Source of the DNA: Alphaproteobacteria bacterium
GTDB lineage: Bacteria; Pseudomonadota; Alphaproteobacteria; JAUHZC01
Length of the DNA stretch: 64,000 nt
Assembly (NCBI GenBank): GCA_030425805.1
Contig: JAUHZC010000003.1
Location: 701-64,700, forward strand
Direction: 5' to 3'
Of the stretch, positions 1-10,765 are shown piece by piece. The first letter of the stretch is position 1; every line of letters begins with the position of its first letter. A program made the position numbers and the translations under genes. The notes under the pieces were generated by a model that did not search any database, was not told the DNA's origin, and saw nothing but the letters and a program-made list of their open reading frames with translations.

Positions 1-171
1 ATAAGTCCCCGCCTCTCTTACAAGATCAATTTCTCGAAAAATTTTCAAAACTTGAAAAATGGGAACAAACCCTAATTGTATCTTCCCTACAACGTGTGGC
101 TGATATGATGAAGGCGACAAAATTTGATGCCTCACCCATCCTTGGAGTTGGGGCTATTGCGCCTGAGACTC

Positions 172-1128
172 TTAAGAAAGATTCTTAATATTTTTTGGCC
201 GATGATGTAGCTTCAGAGAAGCACGTCGATTGCAAAAATCCCGATAACTCAACGGAAGCATGACAAGATATCCCACAGTTGTAAGCATGAGGCTTGTCCA
301 TGGAGCTGCTGCAAAAGCTGTACACCCTAACCCAACCCCCATCAAGAGGGGGAGGCGTAAATGAGGAGGGACTTTTACAGACTTTAGAGAGTATGTTGGA
401 AGCCGGCTAATCATAAGCCCACCAGACAAAACAAGGAACGCTCCATGGATATATGCAGAAAGTTTAAAATCAAAAGCAAACCCAACAACTGTTGGAAACA
501 GGGCAAGCACTGCTCCTAAGGGAGCTGGCACACCAATGAAAAAATTATCAGGGAGCTTCATTTTTCGTGTATGCAGCTGGCTATTGAAACGCGCAAGGCG
601 TAAAGCCTGACAAAAGATAAAAAAGAGACAGAGCATCCAGCCAGCCGTCTCAAAGGATTGGAAATAGGCCACATAGACTACAATCGCAGGTGTCACACCA
701 AAACATGCAAAATCTGAAAGAGAGTCTAGCTGAGCGCCAAATTCGCTTGAAGCATTTAGAAGTCGAGCAAGACGCCCATCCACACCATCGAGGAGAGCCG
801 CAATTAAAATACACAAAACAGCAAAATTAATTTCCCCAATATAGGCAAAGCGGAAAGCAGAAAATCCTGCTGCCAGGGCCCCAAGAGTCACAATATTCGG
901 AAGCATCTTAGATAAAGGCATATCTATTGTTTTAACCCGTGCTTTTGCCCGCTCTACCTTTTGAGCTGTTTTAGTGCGAACGTGCGTGCGAGCTTTGCGA
1001 ACACTTTGAAGAGCCTTTTTACGAAACGCTTCCCGGGCCGCCCGAAACTTTCCTTGAGGCTGCACTTTTTTACGCTCCAGAGGGCGCCGGATGGGCGTGC
1101 GCCGCCCTTGTCTGAGTCGGGGAAGCAT
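172..1128 (-). CDS. pssA: CDP-diacylglycerol--serine O-phosphatidyltransferase (phosphatidylserine synthase, CDP-alcohol phosphatidyltransferase family)
   Basis: Membrane protein with a CDP-OH phosphotransferase signature (DGxxAR...G...D...D: 'ALLDGVDGRLARLL...GAQLDSLSD'). Sits immediately downstream of psd with its start abutting the psd stop, as in the alphaproteobacterial psd-pssA operon. The ~70-aa basic N-terminal extension may be over-called. An internal ATG at 921 (MPLSKMLPNIV) is an alternative start. Confidence 0.75.
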   Translation of the reverse strand: MLPRLRQGRRTPIRRPLERKKVQPQGKFRAAREAFRKKALQSVRKARTHVRTKTAQKVERAKARVKTIDMPLSKMLPNIVTLGALAAGFSAFRFAYIGEINFAVLCILIAALLDGVDGRLARLLNASSEFGAQLDSLSDFACFGVTPAIVVYVAYFQSFETAGWMLCLFFIFCQALRLARFNSQLHTRKMKLPDNFFIGVPAPLGAVLALFPTVVGFAFDFKLSAYIHGAFLVLSGGLMISRLPTYSLKSVKVPPHLRLPLLMGVGLGCTAFAAAPWTSLMLTTVGYLVMLPLSYRDFCNRRASLKLHHRPKNIKNLS

Positions 1129-1839
1129 TTAGATTCTTTTACCTTCTAAGGCTTTTTGGTCTGAATCAAGAACATTCGCCAAAACTGTTTCTCCACCAAT
1201 GGTTCTTTGGCCTAGAGCAACGTGGGGGGCTATACCCTTAGGAAGATACACATCAACACGGCTACCAAAGCGGATCAAACCATAGGTTTGTCCACGCTCA
1301 ACAACCTGCCCTTCCTGGACATCACACCGAATGCGGCGTGCTAAAAGACCTGCAATCTGAACACAGGGCAATTGGATTTTTGTTTTCTTATCCTCAATCA
1401 ACATAACCAACCGCTCGTTCTCTTCTGAAGCGTTATCTTCATCAGCAGTTAGAAAACGGCCTGGCGTATGAACCTTTGCTGTTGCCTCTCCATCCATAGG
1501 AATGCGGTTAATATGAACATCAAAAATATCCATAAAAATGGACACTTTTGTCCAGTCCTTTCCAGAAAGACCAAGCTCATGAGGAGCTGAAATTTTATCC
1601 TGAATTTGACACACAACCCCATCTGCAGGCGCAACAACAACTCCAGGTGTCTGAGGAATGACCCGAGAAGGGTTGCGGAAAAAACAAAAGATCCAAATCG
1701 TGACAGCCAAGCCAATCAAGCCAAAAACTGTCCAAATTGACCAAAGCAAAAGGGTTAGAAGCAAAGAAATAAGCCCATAGATATACCCCTCAGGGTGAAT
1801 CGAAAATTGTGTAAGCTGACGAAAGTTCACGGGTCCCAT
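1129..1839 (-). CDS. psd: phosphatidylserine decarboxylase proenzyme
   Basis: N-terminal TM segment, then a Psd fold ('GVVVAPADGVV...FMDIFDVHINRIPMDG') and a C-terminal 'RFGSRVDVYLP' self-cleavage (G-S) motif. Confidence 0.9.
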   Translation of the reverse strand: MGPVNFRQLTQFSIHPEGYIYGLISLLLTLLLWSIWTVFGLIGLAVTIWIFCFFRNPSRVIPQTPGVVVAPADGVVCQIQDKISAPHELGLSGKDWTKVSIFMDIFDVHINRIPMDGEATAKVHTPGRFLTADEDNASEENERLVMLIEDKKTKIQLPCVQIAGLLARRIRCDVQEGQVVERGQTYGLIRFGSRVDVYLPKGIAPHVALGQRTIGGETVLANVLDSDQKALEGKRI

Positions 1840-1906
1840 CCTTTATCTTTCCTGTGTAGAGGATACTCCTTGATGCTAGTCTCTGGCAAGTGATCTTGTA
1901 AATTTT

Positions 1907-3049
1907 CTATTTCACAGGAATCAGTGCAATTCTATTTTTCTCAACGCCAACCGCCATATTTCCCTCAAGAAGTGCGAGTGCCTTTTGGCCAAAAACCTCA
2001 AAGCGCCAACCTTCCTGGAGTTGGTTTGGAAGCGCGTGATTGCGAACAATATCCTCAAGAACACTCGCACTACACAAGAGCATTGGGCTAATACCTTGAT
2101 CCTGCGCAAGAAGCTTTTGTGCAAGTTTTAGAAGCTCAAGTTGGCTTGCTTGCAAGCGCGTCAGAGGTTTTTTTTCCTGCAAAACATCTTCCCACTCAAA
2201 GCTTTGGTCTTTTTCAAGCTTTAATGCTTTTTCCACAAAAGATTTTATCGGAGGGCGACGTCGCGCTGCGCGCATTCCCATAACTTGCTTTGTAGATTGC
2301 GGGGAGGCAGCAGCCCACTCTAGTAAAGCCTCATCAGAGCAAATACTCTTTCGTGGCGCATCCTGAGCCTGTGCTACATTTTCCCGCAAGGCAACCAAGG
2401 TTCCCAGTTTATCCAAATATGATTTGGAACGAACCTTTGGTTTAAGGCGCAATGTCAAAAATTCTGTAGAAGGGTTGTATAGCTCTGGATTTAGAAGGCT
2501 TCTCATTTCCTCCTCAACCCAAGTTGTTCGGCCCTGATGCTCTAGTTCCTGTAGCATCTTTTCATAGACTTGAATGAGGTATGTTACATCATCTGCGGCA
2601 TAGGCTTGCTGATCTGAACTGAGAGGTCGCTTGCGCCAATCTGTAATTTGAGCATGCTTTGAAAGGCGAACACCCAGCATTTGTTGGACAAGTGGCTGAT
2701 AGCCAACCGAATCCTGATATCCCAAAGCGAGAGCCCCAACTTGCGTATCAAAAAAAGGCATTGGGAGGACAGCACCCTTTGCATAAAAAATTTCTAGATC
2801 CTGCCGCGCAGCATGAAAAACCTTCACAATCCTAGGATTTCTTAGAAAATCCCACAAAGGTTCAAGAGAGAGGTTTGGGCTTAAGGGATCAACAAGCCAG
2901 TAGTGATCCTTGATTGCTAGTTGCACCAAACATAGTTCTGGCCAATAGGTTGTTTCCCGATGAAACTCTGTATCAATTGCAACAGCTGACGCTTGCTCAA
3001 TTTCGATAATTGCTTTTTTTAGATCAGAGGTTTGGGTAATGAAAGTCAT
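1907..3049 (-). CDS. rnd: ribonuclease D (DEDDy 3'-5' exonuclease + HRDC)
   Basis: N-terminal 'AIDTEFHRETTYWPELCLVQLA' exonuclease motif I; 'YAADDVTYL' motif III; ~380 aa with a C-terminal HRDC-like region. Confidence 0.85.
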   Translation of the reverse strand: MTFITQTSDLKKAIIEIEQASAVAIDTEFHRETTYWPELCLVQLAIKDHYWLVDPLSPNLSLEPLWDFLRNPRIVKVFHAARQDLEIFYAKGAVLPMPFFDTQVGALALGYQDSVGYQPLVQQMLGVRLSKHAQITDWRKRPLSSDQQAYAADDVTYLIQVYEKMLQELEHQGRTTWVEEEMRSLLNPELYNPSTEFLTLRLKPKVRSKSYLDKLGTLVALRENVAQAQDAPRKSICSDEALLEWAAASPQSTKQVMGMRAARRRPPIKSFVEKALKLEKDQSFEWEDVLQEKKPLTRLQASQLELLKLAQKLLAQDQGISPMLLCSASVLEDIVRNHALPNQLQEGWRFEVFGQKALALLEGNMAVGVEKNRIALIPVK

Positions 3050-3058
3050 GCGAAAAAT

Positions 3059-4141
3059 TTAGCCCTGAAACGCTGTCTGAATATCAACAATGAACCCAGC
3101 CGAAAGCTTCTCTTTTAACCTCTCATAAGCTGTAGAGTACTTTGAAGACACACTCGTTAATCTGACAAGTTCTCCAGTCTTATGATCTAAAACCCAGGGA
3201 TCAACGGCTCGAAATTTTGGGCGTTCAACTGTAGGCCCCCATTCTTTACGATGTGCAGCACGTGTCACAACAACATCTGAAGCTTGTTTCAGTGCTCTTA
3301 TAACCTGTTGGATTTCTGGGTCCTTTGAAGAAACTAATTTTGCCTTTACAACCAAATCATTGCTTTTAAACATTTCGTCTTCCGAAATGAGATCAATTTC
3401 AAGCGCTCTCAAAAGAGCTTTTGCTAAAAGTCGATTCTGGGCAAGATTTATGGGGTGTCCAAAAATCTCCTCTGTTAGACGTAAGAGGAGCATTGAGAAA
3501 TTCTCGGCAGCTTTAATTTTTTTAAAAAACCATCGCCCTTCAACATGAGCCAAATTATCAACAATAAACTTAATATCCTGACTCGGCATTTTGTAGAATC
3601 GCTTTCCACTTGTCAGAATATACTCAATTCGATCTGCACATACATCAGGATAGGATTGCTCTAAAATTTCATAAGCAGGATTATCTGTATCCGCAATAGA
3701 AGGAGAAAGGTTATGCTTTTTTATGATTTTTAAAAGTCCTGCGTCTTCAAGCACCATCATGTGCTTCTCGTCCTGATACGCTTTTTCCCCATGAGGGTTT
3801 TTTTGATATACATAATCTCCTGTATGGCAAAAAACTGTGTGAGACACATCGTGCAAGAGGGCTGCAACTTGCTCCTCCTGAGACCCTCCGACAAGCCTTA
3901 CAAGGTGGTATACGCCTAAAGAGTGGTAAAATTTATCATAGGCAGGCAATTTCCCAAAATGGTGGGAAGGGCCTGAGGCATCAATTTTCTTTAATCTCTG
4001 AAATCGAGGATGATGTACGAGCTCAAGGACCAGAGGGTCTGTAACCTCAAGTACCCCAAAAATTGTTTTGAAAGTCTCAGCTCGGCCAGAAACACTGAAA
4101 ATCAGAATAAAAAGGAACGAGCGAAGTAAAAAAGGCATCAT
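3059..4141 (-). CDS. HD-domain metal-dependent phosphohydrolase with N-terminal signal peptide
   Basis: 'VYHLVRLVGGSQEEQVAALLHDVSHTVFCH' H..HD..H motif. The hydrophobic N-terminus (MMPFLLRSFLFILIFSVSGRA) suggests export. Confidence 0.6.
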   Translation of the reverse strand: MMPFLLRSFLFILIFSVSGRAETFKTIFGVLEVTDPLVLELVHHPRFQRLKKIDASGPSHHFGKLPAYDKFYHSLGVYHLVRLVGGSQEEQVAALLHDVSHTVFCHTGDYVYQKNPHGEKAYQDEKHMMVLEDAGLLKIIKKHNLSPSIADTDNPAYEILEQSYPDVCADRIEYILTSGKRFYKMPSQDIKFIVDNLAHVEGRWFFKKIKAAENFSMLLLRLTEEIFGHPINLAQNRLLAKALLRALEIDLISEDEMFKSNDLVVKAKLVSSKDPEIQQVIRALKQASDVVVTRAAHRKEWGPTVERPKFRAVDPWVLDHKTGELVRLTSVSSKYSTAYERLKEKLSAGFIVDIQTAFQG

Positions 4142-4163
4142 GACTCAAAGGTTATAGAGATTT

Positions 4164-5321
4164 CTAAACCTTTTCAAGCGCAATGGCGAGGGACTCCCCA
4201 CCTCCAATACAAATCGCAGCAACGCCCCGCTTTGCACCGTGAGTGGACATGGCATTCAAAAGTGTCACCACAATGCGGGCGCCACTTGCCCCAATAGGAT
4301 GTCCTAAAACACAAGACCCACCCAAGACATTTACTTTCTCGTGGGGAATTTTGTAAGATTGCATAGCACTTAGAGGCACCATGGCAAAAGCCTCATTGAT
4401 TTCAAAAAGATCCACATCCTGAGGTGTCCAACCTGTTTGCTGAAAGAGTTTTTCCAAAGCTCCGATAGGAGCTGTTGTAAAATCCTCTGGCTTTTGGCTA
4501 TAGCTTGAAATTCCGACAATGTGAGCTAGAGGAGTTAAATTTAGCGCTTCTTTCCTCCCAAGGACAACAGCTGCAGCTCCATCATTTAAAGAGCTTGCAT
4601 TCCCTGCTGTCACCGTCCCATTCTCAACAAAAGCAGGCTTTAAGCGTGGAAGTTTTTCAACCAAGTCCGCAGGTGGAAGCTCGTCCGCAGAAAATGCTTT
4701 CTCTGCCCAAGAAACAGGGCTGATTTCATTATCAAAAATTTTCTTTTGCTGGGCTTGATGGGCACGCCGGGAGCTTTCTGCCGCAAAATGGTCTTGCTCT
4801 GATCGGGATAGCCCTAGTTCTGCAGCCTTCTTATCCGCAAGCTGTCCCATCGCTGTTCCCGGAAGAGATGCTTCTTCTAATCCATCTAAAAGAAGATGAT
4901 CTAAGGTCTTCCCATGACCGTATTTTGTTCCCCAGCGAGCTTGTGGTAACAGATAAGGTGCCCGAGACATATTTTCTATCCCTCCTGCAACACTTACGTC
5001 ATGTAAGCCAGCCTGGATCATAAGCGTCCCTATGCGAATTGCTTGCAATCCTGAGCCACAAACCTTATTCACCGTCATAGCCTCAGCACCTGTAGAAAGA
5101 CTGGCTTTGAGTGCAACTTGACGTGCAGGGGCCTGCCCAAGACCCGCAGAAAGAACACATCCCATATGTACAGCTTGAACCTTATCCGATGAAGTTTTTG
5201 CATGCTCAAGGGCTCCCTGAATTGCAAAGGCGCCTAAGTCTGGCGCAGGGATATCCCGGAACTGTCCCCCAAATTTTCCGATAGGGGTGCGTTTCGCCCC
5301 ATAAATGTACACTCCTGTCAT
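4164..5321 (-). CDS. acetyl-CoA C-acetyltransferase (thiolase II)
   Basis: Thiolase active-site regions '[11 protein letters not shown]' and C-terminal '[11 protein letters not shown]'. 385 aa. Confidence 0.9.
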   Translation of the reverse strand: MTGVYIYGAKRTPIGKFGGQFRDIPAPDLGAFAIQGALEHAKTSSDKVQAVHMGCVLSAGLGQAPARQVALKASLSTGAEAMTVNKVCGSGLQAIRIGTLMIQAGLHDVSVAGGIENMSRAPYLLPQARWGTKYGHGKTLDHLLLDGLEEASLPGTAMGQLADKKAAELGLSRSEQDHFAAESSRRAHQAQQKKIFDNEISPVSWAEKAFSADELPPADLVEKLPRLKPAFVENGTVTAGNASSLNDGAAAVVLGRKEALNLTPLAHIVGISSYSQKPEDFTTAPIGALEKLFQQTGWTPQDVDLFEINEAFAMVPLSAMQSYKIPHEKVNVLGGSCVLGHPIGASGARIVVTLLNAMSTHGAKRGVAAICIGGGESLAIALEKV

Positions 5322-6481
5322 GCGGACTCCTTAAATAATTCCCGGCCAATAAGCATGCGCCGAATTTCACTTGTCCCTGCACCAATTTCATAGAGCTTAG
5401 CATCACGTAACAATCGGCCTGCTGGATATTCATTGATATAACCATTTCCCCCAAGGATTTGTATGGCTTCCAAAGCAATCTGTGTTGCATGCTCCGATGC
5501 CATTAAAATAGCGCCTGCTGCATCTTTGCGATCAGCTTGTCCTCGATCACAAGCTTTTGCAACTTCATAAACATAGGCACGGGCTGAATTCAAAGCCACA
5601 TACATATCTGCAAGCTTTCCTTGTATCAGCTGAAATGTGCCAATGGGTTGGTCAAATTGTTGTCGTTCGTGGACATAAGGAACCACAAGATCCAAAGCTG
5701 CCTGCATCAATCCCAGAGGCCCTCCTGCTAAGACAACACGTTCATAATCAAGCCCCGACATTAGCACCTGAACACCTTTTCCCTCCTCTCCAAGGATGTT
5801 TTCTTGAGGAACAGGACAGTCTTTAAAAACCAATTCACAGGTTTCAGATCCACGCATACCCAATTTATCAAGTTTTTGAGCGACCTCAAAACCTGGGAAA
5901 TCTTTTTCGACAATAAAGGCTGTAATGCCTTTTGCCCCCGCATCAGAATCTGTTTTTGCATAAACCACAAAAGTATGAGCCTGCGGTCCATTTGTAATCC
6001 ACATTTTATGACCATTGAGAAAATATGTGCCATTTTCTTGGGATTGTGCTGTGAGTTTCATACTCACAACATCAGAGCCTGCCCCCACCTCTGACATCGC
6101 AAGAGCACCTATGTGCTCCCCGGCCAGCAACTTAGGGAGATATTTCTGTTTTTGTTCTGGCGTGCCATTTAGGGCAATTTGATTGACACATAAATTACTG
6201 TGTGCCCCGTAAGAAAGGCCAACACTCCCTGAGGCTCTTGAAATTTCTTCCATTGCCAAGACATGCTCAAGGTATCCAAGGCCTGCCCCGCCATCGGCTT
6301 CAGGAACGGTCATTCCTAAAATCCCAAGCTCCCCCATCTGCTTCCAAAGCTCTTGTGGAATCTCACCACACTCATCAATGGCTTCCACCTGAGGAGCAAT
6401 CACCGTGTGTGCAAAGCTGGCGACTCCTTGATGAATAGCTTTTGTATCTTCAGAAAAACTAAATGGCAGAGACTTATACAT
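5318..6481 (-). CDS. acyl-CoA dehydrogenase (isovaleryl-CoA dehydrogenase-like)
   Basis: ACAD signatures '[13 protein letters not shown]' and C-terminal '[20 protein letters not shown]'. Neighbours thiolase, enoyl-CoA hydratase and HMG-CoA lyase (leucine catabolism context). Confidence 0.85.
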   Translation of the reverse strand: MYKSLPFSFSEDTKAIHQGVASFAHTVIAPQVEAIDECGEIPQELWKQMGELGILGMTVPEADGGAGLGYLEHVLAMEEISRASGSVGLSYGAHSNLCVNQIALNGTPEQKQKYLPKLLAGEHIGALAMSEVGAGSDVVSMKLTAQSQENGTYFLNGHKMWITNGPQAHTFVVYAKTDSDAGAKGITAFIVEKDFPGFEVAQKLDKLGMRGSETCELVFKDCPVPQENILGEEGKGVQVLMSGLDYERVVLAGGPLGLMQAALDLVVPYVHERQQFDQPIGTFQLIQGKLADMYVALNSARAYVYEVAKACDRGQADRKDAAGAILMASEHATQIALEAIQILGGNGYINEYPAGRLLRDAKLYEIGAGTSEIRRMLIGRELFKESA

Positions 6482-6518
6482 AAGGACTCCTTTGAACTCT
6501 CCAAAGTGTAGAGCTTTC

Positions 6519-7694
6519 TTAAAGATCGGACAAGCTGCTTTCAGGATTCTTCAATAGTTCCGTACAAACCGTATTGAGGCACAAACGTCCTTTTGACGTC
6601 GCCCGGAGAACATCTTTTTTTCCCTCCAAAAAACCACCCTCAGTCAAAAAAGCCAAGTTTTCTTGATCAAGATAGGTTTCAAGATTAAAGCCAAGAATCT
6701 TGTGTATTTCTTGTAGATCTATACCTCGCTCCAAACGTAACCCCATCATTACAGCCTCCTCAGCCTGGGTCTCCTCAGATAATGGTTCAAGGTGGGTGTG
6801 TCCCTCACCTTTCATTGCTCGCTTCATCCAGATTTCAGGGGCCCGATGACGACGCAAAAGGTGCCGCTTCCCGTTTACATGAATACGACCATGAGCCCCT
6901 GGGCCAACAGCTCCCCATTCCTGAGATTTCCAATAAAGAAGATTATGTTGTGAAGCTTGCCCGGGCTTTGCATAGTTTGAAACTTCATAAGCATGATATC
7001 CATGCTCTTCCATGATTTGGCAAGTCTTCTCATAAAAATCTACACTCAAATCTTCTCCCGGAATTTCTAATCTTCCAAGAGCATGATCCCGTGCAAAGGG
7101 TGTATTCGGTTCAATTGTTAACTGATACAAGGATAGATGTCCTTGAGTCAAAGGAAGTGCGCGTTTAAGTTCTCTTTCCCAATCTGACAAAGCTTGATGT
7201 GATCGAGCATATATAAGGTCAAAAGTATAACGCTCAAAAATTTTTTCGGCTGTTTCTATAGCTTTAAGTCCCTCAGCAGCTGTATGGGGGCGCCCTAGAA
7301 ATTGCAAAGCCTCATCTTCCAAAGATTGAATTCCAAGAGACAGTCGATTAACTCCAGCTTCCTGGAACCCTCTAAATTTTTCGATCTCTACAGACTGGGG
7401 ATTTGCCTCTAGTGTAATTTCTATATGGGGATCAACATCATATAGCTCTTTTGCTTTTTCAATAAGTTGGGCAACAGTCTCAGGATGCATAAGGGAAGGT
7501 GTTCCCCCACCAAAGTAGATCGTCTTGAGTGTTCGAAAACCTGTCCATTCTTTCAATTGATCTAACTCTGCTAGAGCTGCCTGAAGATATGCTTCCTCAG
7601 GTAAAGAGGTTGTAACGTGGCTATTAAAATCACAGTACGGGCACTTACGCACACAGTAAGGCCAGTGAATGTAAAGACCAAAATCTTGAAGCAT
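6519..7694 (-). CDS. hemW: radical SAM heme chaperone HemW (coproporphyrinogen III oxidase-like)
   Basis: '[19 protein letters not shown]' CxxxCxxC radical-SAM motif typical of HemW/HemN-like proteins. Conserved rph-rdgB-hemW order. Confidence 0.85.
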   Translation of the reverse strand: MLQDFGLYIHWPYCVRKCPYCDFNSHVTTSLPEEAYLQAALAELDQLKEWTGFRTLKTIYFGGGTPSLMHPETVAQLIEKAKELYDVDPHIEITLEANPQSVEIEKFRGFQEAGVNRLSLGIQSLEDEALQFLGRPHTAAEGLKAIETAEKIFERYTFDLIYARSHQALSDWERELKRALPLTQGHLSLYQLTIEPNTPFARDHALGRLEIPGEDLSVDFYEKTCQIMEEHGYHAYEVSNYAKPGQASQHNLLYWKSQEWGAVGPGAHGRIHVNGKRHLLRRHRAPEIWMKRAMKGEGHTHLEPLSEETQAEEAVMMGLRLERGIDLQEIHKILGFNLETYLDQENLAFLTEGGFLEGKKDVLRATSKGRLCLNTVCTELLKNPESSLSDL

Positions 7695-8287
7695 TACGAA
7701 TTCAAGAGAGCTTGAAAAGCTGGATCTTTCTGCAAGCCAGTCAGAGCATATGCCCGATGATTAGTTTTAGCCCGCACATCAGACTCAATTTCAGCAAGGG
7801 TTTCTGTTTTTCCTTCTGGCACGAAAACAGGGCAGTATCCAAAACCTTTATCTCCTCGAGGGGGGAAACTCAAATGACCATGAAGCTCTCCCACTGCCTC
7901 AACAAGGATGTCACCTGCTGGATTTGCGATAGTCAGATGAGAAACAAAATAGGCCTTGGAAGAACGCCCCTCCAGTTCCCGCTCCAAAGCAGAAAAAGCT
8001 TCCTGGGGTGTCGGGAAAGAATAGAACCATCTGCCCGTTTTAATCGGATCCCAGGTAGGGAGATCTGGAATACACAACCCACTATCGTCAGCCAGGGTGA
8101 TTTCACCTGAAATTTTAGCATAGGCCTTTGCCTTCAGACGTGCATTTTCTTGAAAAGTCGTGCCCGTCTCCTCAACATCTTCTAAGTCATCAGGACAAAG
8201 AATCTCAAGACCAAGATTCCCGAAAATCTCTTGCAGATCTTTTTGTTTTCCAGGATTAGCCGTGCCGAGAAAGAGTTTCAAGCCCAT
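7694..8287 (-). CDS. rdgB: non-canonical purine NTP pyrophosphatase (dITP/XTP pyrophosphatase, Ham1/RdgB)
   Basis: 'KLFLGTANPGKQKDLQEIFG' N-terminus and the 'GDKGFGYCPVFVPEG' Ham1 motif. The start is placed at the internal ATG (MGLKLF) because the long ORF would overlap rph by ~170 nt. Confidence 0.8.
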   Translation of the reverse strand: MGLKLFLGTANPGKQKDLQEIFGNLGLEILCPDDLEDVEETGTTFQENARLKAKAYAKISGEITLADDSGLCIPDLPTWDPIKTGRWFYSFPTPQEAFSALERELEGRSSKAYFVSHLTIANPAGDILVEAVGELHGHLSFPPRGDKGFGYCPVFVPEGKTETLAEIESDVRAKTNHRAYALTGLQKDPAFQALLNS

Positions 8288-9029
8288 GTGCGTCTCCTTT
8301 GTCTCCATAAATCGCCTGAAGTTGTGCCTTTGCAATTTCACTGATTCCTTGCTGAGCCAAAGACAGCATCTCCTGGAATTGATCCTGTCCAAATGGCGTA
8401 TCTTCAGCCGTAGCTTGAATTTCAATAATTTTTCCGCCAGGCGTCATGATAAAGTTTGCATCTGCATGGGCTGTAGAATCTTCTGTATAGCACAAGTCAG
8501 AGACAGCCTGTCCCTCCACAATCCCACAAGATAAGGCTGCAACTTGGTCTAAGAGGGGAAGCGCCTTGATTTTCTTTTCATCTACAAGCTTTTGCATGGC
8601 TTGATGCAAAGCAACATAAGCTCCAGAAATACTGGCACAGCGTGTTCCCCCATCTGCCAAAATCACGTCACAATCAATTTTGATTTGACGCTCTCCAAGG
8701 CCTTTTAAATCTACAACGGCTCTTAAAGATCTACCGATAAGGCGCTGGATTTCTTGAGTTCTCCCTGATTGTTTTCCTCGTGCTGCTTCCCTGTCTACAC
8801 GATCGTGGGTACTGCAGGGGAGCATGCCGTATTCAGCAGTAACCCAGCCATGACCAGCGTCCCGTAAAAAAGGAGGCAGTTTTTCAATAATTGTTGCAGC
8901 ACAAAGAACCTGTGTCCCCCCCATTTGAATCAAACAAGATCCATCAGCATGAGGCAAAAGGCCAACTTGAAAAGAAAGAGGGCGAATCTGCGCGGGCTTA
9001 CGACCATCAGCACGAGAGGTTGTGGACAT
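8256..9029 (-). CDS. rph: ribonuclease PH
   Basis: 'DCDVILADGGTRCASISGAYVAL' RNase PH signature. ~250 aa. Confidence 0.9.
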   Translation of the reverse strand: MSTTSRADGRKPAQIRPLSFQVGLLPHADGSCLIQMGGTQVLCAATIIEKLPPFLRDAGHGWVTAEYGMLPCSTHDRVDREAARGKQSGRTQEIQRLIGRSLRAVVDLKGLGERQIKIDCDVILADGGTRCASISGAYVALHQAMQKLVDEKKIKALPLLDQVAALSCGIVEGQAVSDLCYTEDSTAHADANFIMTPGGKIIEIQATAEDTPFGQDQFQEMLSLAQQGISEIAKAQLQAIYGDKGDAHGLETLSRHG

Positions 9030-9121
9030 TAAATACTCCTGATAACTTGACCTTAGAGCCCAGAATTACTACATTTTAGAAAGGTATTAAAGCCTTTTAA
9101 TCAAGGTATTCGATAAGCACC

Positions 9122-10171
9122 ATGTTGAAAGAACTCAATGAACGCTCCCGGGTGATCTTTAATCACATTGTGGAGTCATATTGTGAAACAGGAGATCCTG
9201 TAGGATCTAAGACACTTTCCGAGAGATTGGAGGTAACCCTGTCTCCTGCCACCATTCGTAATGTGATGGCTGATTTGGAACACTTAGGCCTTCTTTGCTC
9301 TCCCCACACATCTGCAGGGCGTATGCCAACTGAAATGGGGCTCCGTTTCTTTGTCCACGCCCTTATGGAAAAAGGGACTCTCTACGAGAAAGACCAAGAA
9401 AATCTTCAGCAAATTGCACTCTCCCGTGGTCTAAGTTTTGATCAGGTTCTGGAAGATGCCTTAGATCAACTTAGCACTCTCTCCCAATGTGCAGGGCTTG
9501 TCTTCTCACCAAAATCTGAAGTGCCACTAAAACATGTTGAATTTGTACGTCTCAATCGCACACAGGTTTTAGTTGTTTTAGTTACCCAAGGGGGGTTAGT
9601 TGAAAATCGCCTGATTGATGTTTCTCCTACGCTCCCTGATAGCGCTTTGGAAGCTGCCAGTAATTATTTGACCAACACGCTTTCAGGTAAAACTCTCGCA
9701 GATGTGAAACATGTGATTGACCATGAAATCTCAGGCACACGCTCTTCCCTTGATACACTTGCAGCGAGTGTTGTAGACAACGGTCTGGGTGTCCTCACCG
9801 GCGTCCCCTCTCAAGGAGGGTCTCTCATTATCAAGGGACAATCTCACCTTGTCAGTGAATCTGCTGCTCGTGGAGATATTGATAAAATCCGCAGGCTTTT
9901 CCAAGCTCTGGAAGAACGTGAAACTATGATGGGCCTCGTTGATGCAGCTATCAAAGGAGATGGAATTCAAATTTTTATTGGTGCTGAAAATGAACTCTTT
10001 GACTTATCAGGAAGTTCCCTTATTATTTCCCCGTACAAAGACCAGGGAACAGGTGTTGTTGGGGCAATTGGAGTTATTGGCCCCAGCCATTTGAATTACG
10101 CAAAAGTTATTCCAATGGTCGACTACACCTCGAAACTGTTGTCTAAACTGATGGATGATGGAGACGAATAA
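9122..10171 (+). CDS. hrcA: heat-inducible transcription repressor HrcA
   Basis: N-terminal wHTH ('LNERSRVIFNHIVESYCETGDPVGSKTL') and the HrcA C-terminal domain. Directly followed by grpE (start/stop overlap ATGA). Confidence 0.9.
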   Translation: MLKELNERSRVIFNHIVESYCETGDPVGSKTLSERLEVTLSPATIRNVMADLEHLGLLCSPHTSAGRMPTEMGLRFFVHALMEKGTLYEKDQENLQQIALSRGLSFDQVLEDALDQLSTLSQCAGLVFSPKSEVPLKHVEFVRLNRTQVLVVLVTQGGLVENRLIDVSPTLPDSALEAASNYLTNTLSGKTLADVKHVIDHEISGTRSSLDTLAASVVDNGLGVLTGVPSQGGSLIIKGQSHLVSESAARGDIDKIRRLFQALEERETMMGLVDAAIKGDGIQIFIGAENELFDLSGSSLIISPYKDQGTGVVGAIGVIGPSHLNYAKVIPMVDYTSKLLSKLMDDGDE

Positions 10172-10731
10172 TGTGGATGGGCGAAAACGCTAAAACTGAT
10201 ACTGAAAACCAAGATGCAGAAGAATCTGTTGAAGCCACCCAAGAACAGGTAGATGAAGCTGGGGGACCTTCTGTAGAAGAAGAATTGGCCGATATGAAGG
10301 ACCAACTTCTGCGTACTTTGGCAGAGCTTGAAAACGTCCGCAAAAGAGCAGAACGAGAAAAAGAAGATGCGGCCAAATACGCAATTGCATCCTTCGCCCG
10401 TGATATTTTGACTGTTGGTGACAATCTCAATCGGGCTATTGAATCAGCTGAAAAAGCCAAGCAAGATCAAAAATCTGCTGAAGACCAAGTCACATACTTA
10501 GAAGAAGGGGTAACTATGACCCGTGCAGAGTTCCTTCGTCTTCTCAAACTTCATGGCATTGAAGAAATTTCCCCAAAGGGAGAAAAATTCAGTGCAGACT
10601 TCCACCAAGCTATGGTTGAGGTTGAAAGTGATCAAGAACCTGGCACTGTGGTTGAGTGCTTTCAAACTGGATTTAAAATTAAAGACCGCCTCCTCCGCCC
10701 TGCTATGGTTAGTGTTTCAAAGAAGGGTTAG
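10171..10731 (+). CDS. grpE: nucleotide exchange factor GrpE
   Basis: Acidic N-terminus, a coiled-coil region 'LLRTLAELENVRKRAEREKEDAAKYAI', and a C-terminal beta-domain typical of GrpE. Confidence 0.9.
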   Translation: MWMGENAKTDTENQDAEESVEATQEQVDEAGGPSVEEELADMKDQLLRTLAELENVRKRAEREKEDAAKYAIASFARDILTVGDNLNRAIESAEKAKQDQKSAEDQVTYLEEGVTMTRAEFLRLLKLHGIEEISPKGEKFSADFHQAMVEVESDQEPGTVVECFQTGFKIKDRLLRPAMVSVSKKG

Positions 10732-10765
10732 ACTTAGGAACTTTTTTCTTAATCCTAGTCTTTTC

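Noticed and set aside
172-1128. Possibility that the basic ~70-aa N-terminus of the pssA ORF is a separate small gene or a distinct domain
   Set aside because: It is in frame and contiguous with the CDP-alcohol phosphatidyltransferase domain and abuts the psd stop, and alphaproteobacterial PssA proteins commonly carry a basic N-terminal leader. Reported as a start-site uncertainty rather than a separate feature.
961-1149. Many 60-130-aa ORFs embedded antisense or out of frame within larger conserved genes (e.g. 961..1149, 1449..1715, 2584..2784, 5206..5490, 21509..21856, 22272..22904, 31713..32041)
   Set aside because: They overlap clearly conserved housekeeping CDSs on the opposite strand or frame. 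They have no motifs and read as low-complexity or Arg/Leu-rich shadow ORFs typical of moderately GC-rich coding DNA.
9040-9121. Looked for a CIRCE inverted repeat (TTAGCACTC-N9-GAGTGCTAA) upstream of hrcA
   Set aside because: No convincing match in the 80 bp upstream; only unrelated short repeats.
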